Shown here piece by piece: positions 1 through 11,195 of a stretch of DNA of 64,000 nucleotides. Below the pieces are notes generated by a model. It did not search any database and was not told where the DNA came from. It saw only the letters and a program-made list of their open reading frames with translations. Each line of letters opens with the position of its first letter. Within the stretch, counting starts at the first letter, position 1. Made by a program: the position numbers and the translations under genes. The DNA is taken from assembly GCA_038087875.1 (NCBI GenBank), contig CM075989.1:13144001-13208000 (forward strand), given 5' to 3'. Origin of the DNA: Malacoraja senta. Taxonomy: Eukaryota.

Positions 1-215
1 AATGTGTCCACCACACAAGATCTTGTCTGTTTCATTTGAGTCCTTCCTTGCCTGACCAATCTCTAATAGATGTTATGGAATAGCATACCCTCTGCAACGT
101 CGAGTTATGTACTGATCTAGGGCACAGGACATGACTTGTGATCTGAATTGTCTGCATATTTTTTTTAAATTACTATTTACAAAAGCTGTAAGATTTAACT
201 CTGATGTCTGTGGCT

Positions 216-350
216 CTTCTTCTTCGTGTGGCGTGCACAGCCTAAAGTTGTTGGACAACTTGTTCTATTTGATCTTCCGTTTGTGCACGTCGAGTTGATT
301 GCATTAGTCGAAACAGGGCGGACCACGTGAAGGTTGCAATCTTCCACCCC
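216..350 (-). mobile_element. ~135-bp SINE-like retroposon with (GAA)n tail, copy 1
   Basis: Homologous to 8696-8833 and 59564-59700; TSD gtctgtggct at 206-215 and 351-360. Confidence 0.8.
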
Positions 351-512
351 GTCTGTGGCTCTGAAAATGAGCGGGTGATGTTTTTCAGGAGACTGGGAAT
401 GTATGCTTTGAGAATGAGGTCCTTCACCTACTAAAGGTCCTGCGTCCAAGATCGTTAGTACTCTCTTTGTTAAATGCGGAGTTGGTATTAAATTCACTGA
501 CTTGCATTTTAG

Positions 513-594
513 ATGGATTTGGATTCTACACGACTGTCTTGGAGTTGCTTTTTGCCTTAACTTCTTGAAGACCTTGAAGATGCCTCACTTTAAG
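513..594 (+). CDS. SPPL2A: SPPL2A internal coding exon (WIWILHDCLGVAFCLNFLKTLKMPHFK)
   Basis: ttttag|A...AAG|gtaatg splice sites; translation matches the SPPL2 TM segment WAWILQDILGIAFCLNLIKTLKLPNFK; upstream exons lie outside the window. Confidence 0.93.
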
Positions 595-1416
595 GTAATG
601 CGTGTGTTGTTCGGGAATATCCTGTTTTTTATTTAGATGGGCAAACTATATTTCTGTTGTAGAACTATCTGTTCATCATCTGATAATGCAAAATAAAGTG
701 GATTTGAATCCTTATGGGAAATTCTGAAAACAAAAGTGGATTTTGGGAAGTCACTGAGGTATAACTTACTATTTGGATGCTGAAAATCATGAGAGCCCGT
801 GCTGATTCTGAATAGTTGGTTGACTAGTCTCGTAAACAGGGACGAGCAGTGTGATGGCTTCAGGGGTCATGGACTTTGGAAAACCCTGTGAGGAAGTTGC
901 TTCCCCCCATTAGCTGATTAAGCTGAATAGAACATGTGGGGAAAGGGGAGCATTAAAAACAGACAAGTGAGGAAATGGAGCTTGTGGTAGGGGCAAGCTG
1001 AATGAATGTCAGTCATTCTGCGGGGTTTTTTTCTGGGACCATATGCGTAACCAATTTGGCTGATGGTCTAAAGAAAATGTTCACAAGATGGAAAACTAAA
1101 TTAATCGGGGGTGGGGGGAGATATTCTCTTGCAGTTCCTTAGTCTGAGGGAATTACAATATATTTCTTGCTGCAGGCATTTAATAACTTTTGGTGTATAC
1201 CTGCCAACTGGCTCCCTGAGGTGCAGCCATTAGAGCAGGGTGGAGTGGTGGGGGTAGAGTTGATGGGACTGTGGGGGAAATAGGCTGCGGCGGAAGTTAT
1301 TGGGATTGTGATTGCTTGGTATTGGTGGGCTGAAGTGGCTTCAGCGCATTTGGAAGCCTGTAGCACAAAGGAACGTGTTTTTTGCTGGGTGCTAATCTTC
1401 TTCACTTGATTTCCAG

Positions 1417-1491
1417 TCCTGTGTCATCTTGCTGGGTCTCCTCCTCATCTATGATGTCTTCTTTGTTTTCATCACGCCACTCTTCATGCCG
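1417..1491 (+). CDS. SPPL2A: SPPL2A exon with catalytic YD motif (SCVILLGLLLIYDVFFVFITPLFMP)
   Basis: ttccag|TCC...CCG|gtgagt; 75 nt, phase 0/0; YD aspartate of GxGD intramembrane proteases. Confidence 0.95.
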
Positions 1492-1688
1492 GTGAGTTTA
1501 CTGCTCTAGCTTCCCGCAGTGCAATGCAGCCCAGTATCTACAGAGGGTGTTGAGTAATTGCCTAGCTTTTACACCCTTACCACTGTTAATGAAGCCAAGG
1601 GTCTAATTTGTTTTAAGTCTCAATTTGTGCAATTTGAGAATGTGAGCACATTGGTACCGTCACTCCAACAAGTTTCTCCATGTTGCAG

Positions 1689-1748
1689 AATCACGAGAGC
1701 ATTATGGTTGAGGTCGCAACAGGATCTGGATCTGGCAGCGGTGAAAAG
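1689..1748 (+). CDS. SPPL2A: SPPL2A exon (NHESIMVEVATGSGSGSGEK)
   Basis: ttgcag|AAT...AAG|gtaaat; 60 nt; ESIMVE motif of the SPPL2 family. Confidence 0.93.
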
Positions 1749-1966
1749 GTAAATTATAAACTAATATTTCAGTGATGGGTTAAGGCTGGTGCTTTGCTAA
1801 CTAACCGTCAAGCTGGGATTGGGATTCCTTGTGCACTAAATATCGGGTTTGATTCTAGACTACTGGAACCAACTTAATGGAACTTGCTGTTGCACCAGCG
1901 CCTCATAATGAAAAAGTAAGAACTTGTTTATCAAAGCTTAAATGTTACAGGGTAATTACTTTTTAA

Positions 1967-3548
1967 TCTATCTATATATACATTACAAAAACTCTCATCT
2001 TGTTTGTAAGTTTGTTTGTAAATTGTGCATTGTACCTATATTTGTGCAAAAACGGTACACGATAGAGCTACAATTTTTGGCCCAACTTACCATTGCCCTG
2101 TGATGTAAATGAAACCAATTTAGTTCAGATTGATGGTATATTTTATCAGTTATTGACATTTTAAACTTTACAAAAAAACCACTGCCCATCAGCCGCGTTT
2201 GACGTCACAATGGGATCCCGAATTTCATTTACATTAAAAAAAAAGCGTAGTTATTTATATTCTAAAACCTCCCCGTGATTTTCATTGGGGGGGGTTCAAT
2301 TTTTTTTTAAATCGTGATTTTCATTGTTGGGTGGGGGGGGGGGGGGGATAGGATAGGGCGGAAGTTTCATTTAAAAAAAGACATCTCTATTTTCATTGTG
2401 GGGGGTAGGATAGAGGGGAGGTTTCATTTTTTAAAAGAAATTGCGATTTTCATTGTGGTGGGTGGGATAGGGGGGAGGGGAGGAGGATAGAGTGAGGGGA
2501 GGAGAGAGGGAGGGGAAGGTGGGGGAGGTGAGGAGGGAGAGGAGGAGGGAGAGGAGGAGGGGGAGGGAGAGGGGGATAGAGGGAGAGGTGGGGCGATATT
2601 GGGAGAGGAGGGGGATACTGGGAGAGGAGTGGGGATAGAGGAGGGAGAAGTGGGGGGTGGGATAGTTTGTAAGAGGTAGATTGTACCTATACTTGTGCAA
2701 AAATGGTACACCATAGCGCTACAATTTTGGCCCACCTTGCCATTGTCCTGTGATGTGCTGTAGCAAGTTTCGTTCAGATTGATGGTATATTTTACAAGCT
2801 GTTCACATTTTAAACTGCAAAAAACAATTTTACAAAAATCACTTTTCCACTTGCCCTGCCCGTTACCGTGTACGACGTTACAATGACGTCACAATGGGAT
2901 CCCGAATATCATTACAAAAAAACCTTGATTTTCATTGTGGGTGTGTGGGATAGGGGGAGGTGAGCAGGGGGGTAAAGGGAGAGGGCAGTGGGGGAGGTTA
3001 GGAGGGAGCGTGGGGTGGTTGGGATAGGGGGGAGGCGAGTAATGGGAGCAGGGGGATAGAGGGAGAGGAGAGGGAGGGGAGGGGGGGGGATAGAGGGATA
3101 GGAGTGGGGGAGGGGAGGAGGAGAGGGAAAAGAAGAGGGAGGGTGAAGAGGGGGAGGGAGTGCTGGGGATGAGGGGGAATGGAGGAGGATAGGGGTGGGC
3201 AGAGGGATGGCGAGGTAATGGAGATGGGAAGAGGGATGAGGGAAGGAAGCAGGAAGGTTGGTGGAGGGTGGGTAGAGAGGATAATGGAGGAGGGGAATAG
3301 GGGACTGAAGAGGGAGAGTGAGATGCGTTCAGATTGATTTTATATTTTACAGGTTATTGCCATTTTGAACATAAAAATATCGCAGTCGCTCTCCCACTTG
3401 CCGGCTGAGTCTGCGCAGTTGGGGGAGGGTTGCCGTGACTCGCGTCACAACGGATACCCGTCAGCCGCGCCTGCGCAGTTGGGGGCTATGGGTCAGTGGT
3501 GGAATATTGCCTTGGGGGACAGCCCCAATGGGTCCACACTTGGTCTAG
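1967..3548 (+). mobile_element. Non-autonomous Helitron-like element
   Basis: A|TCTATCTATATATA 5' end and ...GGTCTAG|T 3' end (inserted between A and T), degenerate subterminal hairpin (cccaatggg), no TSD, internally duplicated modules. Confidence 0.7.
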
Positions 3549-3828
3549 TTATTTTTAAAACTATCATTAGTTCTTGGCGAAACTGGCAGGCCAGTTCAAT
3601 TGGCTCTGCCAGCTGGTTGTCTCTGAATCACTGGGGGCATACTGTTCCTGGTTGAGGAGATGTGGAGGTTGCCCATTGTCAGAGTAGAACAAATTGTGAA
3701 CTGTTCAAATTTTCAGTGCTTTCGAAAAATAACAGATGATGTGAGGAAATATGACAGTTGCATCTTCTTCCAATTGTATCTTTGTTTGTGGTTCAGTTAA
3801 TGATCTTGACTGTGGCTGTTTTCTCTAG

Positions 3829-3928
3829 TTGCCTGTAGTTATCAGAGTGCCAAGATTGGTGCCGTCTGTTGCAACCTTGTGTGGAATTCCATTTTCTGTC
3901 CTGGGGTTTGGTGATATTATTGTACCAG
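3829..3928 (+). CDS. SPPL2A: SPPL2A exon with GxGD motif (LPVVIRVPRLVPSVATLCGIPFSVLGFGDIIVPG)
   Basis: ctctag|TTG...CCAG|gtgagt; LGFGD second catalytic aspartate. Confidence 0.95.
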
Positions 3929-4252
3929 GTGAGTAAATTCTGCACCCATGGAATGACTTTATGAGAACTGAGTGTTTGCAAATCTGTTGACTGCCATAGA
4001 ATTTATTCTCTAAAGATTGTTTCCTCTGTATAAATGAGGACATTTGAATGTTGATATTTGATTTTTTTTGACAGGTAACAAGGTAAATATTTTATGTCAT
4101 TTATGTGGGGGTTAAAAACAGAATGGCTGCTCCTGCACTGAAATTTCTGAAATCTGTAAATTCCCTCCCAATTTCCCTAAAAAAATCCCATTATCAACTT
4201 GAAAGATAAATTCTTATGTTGATAGAACAGCAATTGCTTGATTTGGTGATAG

Positions 4253-4560
4253 ATTTAGTTTAGTTTAGAGATACAGCGCGGAAACAGGCCCTTCGGCCCA
4301 CCGGGTCCGCTCCGAACAGCAATCCCCGCACATTGACACTATCCTACACACACTAGGGACAATTTTTACATTTACCATGCCAATTAACCTCCAAACCTGT
4401 ACGTCTTTGGAGTGTGGGAGGAAACTGAAGATCTCGGAGAAAACCCACGCAGGTCACGGGGAGAATGTACGAACTCCGTACAGACAGCACCCATAGGCGG
4501 GATCAAACCCGGGTCTCTGGCGCTGCATTTGCTGTAAAGCAGCAACTCTACAGCTGTGCG
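4253..4560 (-). mobile_element. tRNA-derived V-SINE (HE1-like)
   Basis: Minus strand: tRNA-like head, V-core TGCGTGGGTTTTCTCC...TTTCCTCCCAC, CR1-like tail GAAGGGCCTGTTTCC...(CTAAA)n. Confidence 0.85.
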
Positions 4561-4989
4561 GATGGGTTTTTTCCAAATCAAATGGAGGTGATTAAGCCAT
4601 AGTTGTGTAAAAAAGGAAATGTATTATGATTGTAGAATAAGAATCCAGTTGCTCTGAGGGGAGGTGCAGTGTGATTGTGCCAGGGTGGAGGTGGTGGGCA
4701 GGTGGATTTGGGAGTGCATCAAATTTATGGAACCCGGCAGGTAGCGCTGAATATGTTGGCAGTTCAGGGAAGATTTGGATCGTAGGTTTCAGGTGATGGA
4801 GTTGGAGACTTTCACAAATCCACTGAAATACTGCCCATTGAACTAAAGATTTGGCGTATGCCGTGCCTCAGTTCCACAGAGCTGAAAATAAGGAACAGTT
4901 CAAGCTACAAATGTGCAAGTTTAGCTGATTTCTGAATTGTGTATGTATTGTGCAGGATGGTGAATTTCACTGCCAGTCATATTTTGCAG

Positions 4990-5067
4990 GATTATTGGTT
5001 GCTTATTGTCGAAGATTTGATGTGGTGACAAACGGCTACAACATCTACTTCATTCTTTGTACAATAG
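4990..5067 (+). CDS. SPPL2A: SPPL2A exon (GLLVAYCRRFDVVTNGYNIYFILCTI)
   Basis: ttgcag|GA...ATAG|gtaatg; phase-compatible with neighbouring exons; AYCRRFD motif. Confidence 0.94.
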
Positions 5068-7257
5068 GTAATGGAATTTTAATGAAATTAGTAAATGAGA
5101 AAATATTTTTATAGCTAATAATTGTCAGAAAAAAACAATTACATCATGAATAAGTTTTGTAAAGGATCGTATGATAACATTCCAGTCTTGTCTGAAATGT
5201 ATATAAAATAGCACTCATCTCCTCAGGGAGAATTGAGGAATTGCATACTGTTGTATTGATCTGGATCTAAAGTATTTGCATGCAACGAAAGAGCCATTTA
5301 AAATCACCTACAGTAAAATCTGTAGAATCTTGTCTATTAAATGGCTGTTATACTATTCCAAGCTGTTCTACCTTTGATAATGAATTACAGAGAATTGAGA
5401 AGCTGCGGTGTCTATATTATATGCCAAACCAGCCTCTGTCAAACTTTTCACAAAATTGTAGACAACGTGCAAGCAGGGAGAAGGTCATTTGTCCACCGTT
5501 CCCTTGCCAGCCAACCAAATCCAACCTTGGCCCCGCAGGTCACTGCCCTTCAGACATACATCCAAGTACTGCTTAAAGGGGACAGCTCTGACTCCACCAT
5601 GTTTTCAGACCATCTGTTCCAAACCACTACCCTCTCTGACATTGTATTGCTCACAAGCTGATCCTTCTACCAAGTGAAAACCAAAAAACGCAGATGCTCG
5701 GAATCTGAAATACCTTGGTACATGTGACAAATATAGTTCCATACCATTCCATAAACAGAGTGCTGGAAATGTTCAGCGGGTCCATTAACCTTGGTAGGGA
5801 AAAAAACAATTTGTGTCGATTCTGAGACCTTTGGTTTAGTTCTGATGCTACCTGTCGTTCTACCAGTAACTAGTTCACTACTTCTGATAGTAGAAATAGA
5901 TTCTTCCTATTTCTACTGAATGGCCCCTCGTAATAGTACGCATCTCAATTATGCCTCGTGCCACCCCCCCCTTCTCCAAAGAATGTAGTCCTGCCTTATA
6001 ACTCGCAGTTCCTCATTGCTCCAATGTTCCATTCTTGGCATGTCCTTGGTTTCCTTTACAATCGCTACTTTGTAGTTGCATCTTTCCCACAAACAAGTGG
6101 CCAGAACAACAATTCTACCATAAACTTGGACAAGGTTAATAAATGACAACATCCTGCATGACTTTTCAACAACATTGCTCACCTGTTCTGGAATTTATTG
6201 CAGAGAAGTAGTTCATGCATTTGAGGAGTTGTAAAAGTTCAAACAAATAAACAGTTAAATGGGAGGGTATTGATTACTGGGCATACAGGGGGGGGGGGGT
6301 CTCTATGCTGTGGATGGCCACCAGTGTTTTTCCCCATAGTGTTGAAGGGGAGGGAGTTCTAAGATTTGCACAGGTGTTTGATGGCTTTGTGCTACATTTC
6401 CAAGTGAAGATGGTGCTGTTTGGGGGGGGGGGGGGGGGGGACCTGCAGATAATGTTTCCATTCACTTACTGCCCTTGTTCTTGGTAGAGGTTTGCGGGTT
6501 TATGAGGTGTTGAGCATGTAACTGCACATGGAATACAAATCCCTTCAGTGCTGGCCGTGTTACTGAACAGCATTGCATATGTCAGGAGTGGGTCCGACAT
6601 GTACACTCCATGCTACCAGTTGACTCCCAATTCCAACAGATTCTGAGACCGACTTAAAGGAATCTTTAACAATCTGCCATCTGTGTTCTCTGACTTGCGT
6701 GCCCAGTAATACAAAGCCTCATCTGTCTCACTGAGTAGATTGCTTAATGAAATGACTAAGATTTCTTCACTCTGGTCCTAATTTTTGGGTAGTAGCCGGT
6801 GAATATTGAACACCTGCCCATCAGATATTGCGACTGTGTATTAGGCCAAGGTCACCAGAGATCAGTACCAGGATGCAGGGATTGAAGTTCGGCAAAGAGC
6901 AATTTGATTCATCATATGCATTTAACTACTTTGAAAATGCAAAAATGTATCTATATTAATAAAATATCACTTGGTTTACCGCAAGACTCTGCATGTTAAT
7001 GGACAAAGGTGTTTCTTGAGGTCAGGTGGGGCGGGTTAGTTAACAACCAATGGCAGTGTGTGGTTGTTTAAGGGAAGCGCAGCACTTGCTAACTGGATGC
7101 TTTACATGAGTTTGGAATTTGGATCAAATCCCACTGACCTTTCACAGAGTGGATATGTTGGAAGTAATGAAGATCAGAGGAAGACAAACTGCTTTTCTGT
7201 CTATTCTGCAAGTTCTGAAATGGGAAGCAATATTTAATTATAATTTTTTTTTTCCAG

Positions 7258-7418
7258 CATATGCAGTAGGCATGATGTTGACATTTGTTGTTCTGATCGT
7301 TATGAAGATGGCACAGCCTGCTCTACTCTACCTTGTACCATGTACTCTCATCACTTGCACTATAACGGCCATCACGAGGAAGGAATTAAGAATATTTTGG
7401 ACGGGAAGTGATTATGAG
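7258..7418 (+). CDS. SPPL2A: SPPL2A exon with QPALLYLVP motif
   Basis: ttccag|CA...GAG|gttagc; AYAVGMMLTFVVLIVMKMAQPALLYLVPC...FWTGSDYE (within ORF 7119..7436). Confidence 0.96.
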
Positions 7419-8695
7419 GTTAGCAGAATTCATTAGCTCCTCTGTGTTTGAATAATTTATAATTAAACTTTTTAAAAGTGCTTGTCTGACTTTGTATGCC
7501 AATCTCAGTGTCTTCAAACATAAACGCAATAAGCACATAGTAAATAGTGCTGTATAATACTGCAATATGAATAGTAAAAATAGGCATATATTGGTAATAC
7601 ATTTGTGGCTAGTCATTAAAGTATATTTAGGACTGGCCACAAATGTATTGCCAATGTATGGCTATTTTTACTATTTATATTGCAGCATGTCTGATCGTTA
7701 TAAAAATGAACCGCAGATGCTGGTTTATACCAAAGATTGACACACGGTGCTGGAGTAACTTGGCAGGTCAGGCAGCATCTCTGGAGAAAATGGATAGATG
7801 ATGTTTTGAATCAGGACCCTTCTACATACGGAAGAACAATCCTGACCTGAAATGTTGCCTGTCCAATTTCATCAGATGTCTGATCGTTAGCTTGATAAAG
7901 AACTTTAGACACTGTGTATATACATTTTAAATTTTTCCATTATGCAAAGGACATTATGATAAGTGTCATTTTGATCATGTAGCCCTTTGTGAGCTATTTT
8001 TACATGTCACCAGCTAAAGATGGTAAAACTCTTCAGACTTGAAAAAAAGATGTTCTTCAAATCTCCACATTCCACAATGGTGACTAATTTAGTGGTGGCC
8101 AGTATTTATGTTTTTAAAGTGTAGTGGCAGATAATTTGATAAGCACAAGGGTCTATCTTTGAATGCCGGTCAAACTGATGGGTTTGTTAAGTTGCCGGGA
8201 TATGATTTTAATTAGAAGGCTTCAGTCCAAATAAATGTTATGTAGCTTGTGATTATATTATTGGACTGGGGATGTAGTCCAGTTCATCAAGATATGTGGA
8301 ATTAAAAATCTTGCATCGATATTGGCAATAAAAAAAAAAAAACACTAATATTCTATGGGGAATGTGCTGTGTGCATGCTGACCTTTGATATGGATCTGGA
8401 GTCACAACACGATTGATTCTTGAAGTAACAAGCCAGTCAAGTTCAGACAAATTTGGAGCAAGAATGGCAATGAGAATGCAGTTTTTTCACTTCCGATGTT
8501 GACACTTGTAAGGGTGGCTGTTTTTGTAATGTTATTGCTCTATTGGTGCTGAATAATTTAAATTATTTGTTCGGTCTGTAATCAACACAGGGTAGAACAA
8601 ACATTGCACTGGAAATGATGTGTCACAGATTTGAGTTCATAGCTTGGAGCTAAGGATGTAGCTTGTGTTTCTAAATGGGGAATGATGTATTAGAG

Positions 8696-8833
8696 GGTGT
8701 GGGAGATTGCAACCTTCACGTAGTCTGCCCTGTTTCGACGAATGCAATCAACCCGGCGTGCACAATCAAATAAGATCAAATAGAACAAGTTGTCCTACAA
8801 CTTTAGGTTGAGCACACCATATGCAAGAAGAAG
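8696..8833 (+). mobile_element. ~135-bp SINE-like retroposon with (GAA)n tail, copy 2
   Basis: 14-bp TSD atgatgtattagag at 8682-8695 and 8834-8847. Confidence 0.85.
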
Positions 8834-10567
8834 ATGATGTATTAGAGCACGATTGCCATGTTTAGTGACCACAAACTTAATGTAATCAGCCTCTCTAGGT
8901 CTTCGACATCACCAGGGAACCATTATTCCAAGGTAGGACACAAGGAAATGTTTTATTTGTCGGGGGCTTGTCTCTCATCAATTCCTTAATTCCAGTTGTG
9001 TCTTTCTGTTGTTACTTTCTCTTTTTCCTTCTGGTGCACTATTCCAAATTCCATTTTGCCTAAAAAAAAAACATGCTGCTGGTCATTTTGAACAGTGTGA
9101 CAAATATTTACATTTGGGGGAAATGAAAGCTGCTTGGAAATCAAATCTTTAAGCTTTAATGTTTGTTGTAACTGTGATTATTGACTTTGTTCTTATCAAA
9201 TTAATGATTTTTGTTGAGATGTCTGTCTTGAAACAGCAACTGGTGATCAAATGTAATCAACTAAAGCAACTCGGTCTCCCACAATTCCCATGTGCTGTCC
9301 AGAGCAATAAAAATAAGCCTTCCTTATGATGTGATGGACTTCAGTAGGCAAACAACATATGACTGGATGTCTTGCAAATTTCTGTGGGTGATGGATCTGG
9401 GACCATTTGTGATGGTGCAGCTTGCTGGGATTGGGGCTGTCATGGCTGGTCACACCTCAGGCAGGTGATCTTTGCATAGTTGTCAGTAGGGTGACAGTGT
9501 GGCGGTGCGCAGCCTTGCTCTGACAATGTGCTGCTTATCATCCAAGTGCTGAAAGGTTTGCTTTAGTTTATTCTGATCTGGTGATTTGTTTCAGTCCAGA
9601 AGAAAGCAAAGCTTATTTCACAATTATATTGGACAACAATTTCACATCCTTAGGTCTGACATTTAAATTTAAACCGCACTACTGTGGTTGGGCTACCCTT
9701 GGAGGAAGGGTCCTGGAGTGATCGCGTGGACAGTCGGTCTCAGTCTACCTCAATTCAAAGCAATCTAGGAATGTTTTTAATGGCCACTTTTCCTGAAGCC
9801 AGTCTTTCCACACATGTAACTTGCAGCTGTGAGACTGAAATGTGAAGTCACTACTTGCCTGCCAACCACACCTGCACATAGCAATCCTGCATCACTTTCA
9901 AGCAATTTGCCTTCAATACAGCTTCAGCTGTGCTCAAACAACCTCGTCCACTCGCCATTAATATTTGGTCACATTTATGAATGTTTGTGCTATACATAGG
10001 TTTTACAAGGCTTCAATCCCACTAGTACTCAGACTGACAAGTTTCCTCGAGCTCAGCAGGTGCTTTATGGTGAGGAATCTATTTATCCAATTTGCATTAC
10101 AAACACGCTGTTTGGGGAGGTCCAGTGCCAGAGAGTTTCAGGATTAAATTCCATCCGCCATTGCTCTGCCTATTCCTATCAAGTAATCATTATCATCCCC
10201 CAGTCCAGGACTATCTTCGCTATCAACACCGCCAACAATGATTGTCACATCTGTGAGCCTCCATCTGTCAGGGCCCCAGCAGTTTCCTCCCGTGCTTCCC
10301 ATAACAGTCGGATATATCTCATCAAGTCCTAGGGATTTATCCACTGTTAAACCTGCTAAGATATCTAATATCCCCTCTGTTTTAATTATATTGTGTTCAA
10401 TAATTTAATTGTTTTACTCTCACCCCTCCCTCAATCCGCCATGAACAGTGTTCTTGGTGACTGGAGGGGTAATAATTTAAGACTTCAAGTCCTCTGGCTC
10501 CATGCACAGCTTTCCCCTTTGGTCCCCAATGAACCCCATTCTTTCCCTGGTTATTCTGTTATCCTTA

Positions 10568-10874
10568 AGGGCCTGTCCCACGTAGGCGACTTTTTAGGCG
10601 AGTGCAGGAGACTCTGCGCTCGCCACATGGTCGGCACATGTTCGCTGGTGGTCTCTGGTGAACCTTCCTGTTCATCGCGATGTGTCTGTATCACCTTGGC
10701 TTTGCACCTTGTGAATTTCAGACAGCGCTCCCCCGCTTTCCCCGCCTTTGCGATGTGTTTGTGTGCGTGTTCCACTCTGACAGACGCCGTTCCAGTTCCC
10801 GGTTTTACAGGCGAGTGCCGCGAACTTGACAGTCGCCGGCAGTCCGCTGAAAAATCGCATGTGGGTCAGGCCCT
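10568..10874. mobile_element. PIF/Harbinger-type MITE
   Basis: TIRs AGGGCCTGTCCCAC...GTGGGTCAGGCCCT, TTA target duplication on both sides. Confidence 0.8.
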
Positions 10875-11195
10875 TTAATGATTTGGCATTTTCTTTAATC
10901 TGGTGTGCCATGATATTTTGTGCCTCCTATTTGACATAAATGTCTTTAAGTACCTCCCCCGTTCCCCCAAACTTTCTATACACCTGACGGGCATTCTTTA
11001 TTTCAATTTCTCATCACGTGACATCTGCTTCCCTTTTTTCCCCTTCATGCAAGTCATGTTTTCCCTTGACATCCAAGGTTCCTTGGACTTGCTGTCCTTA
11101 ACTTTCACCTTTATAGGAACACGTCCACCTGAAATCATTAACTCCCACTTGTGGGATGTCACTTTCCCTGCAGGCTCTTTTTACCGTCCGAGCTA

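Noticed and set aside
2424-2735. Pro/Ser-rich ORFs
   Set aside because: Translation of a low-complexity polypurine tract inside the Helitron-like element
4440-4560. tRNA gene
   Set aside because: A/B-box-like sequence is the head of a V-SINE; no complete cloverleaf
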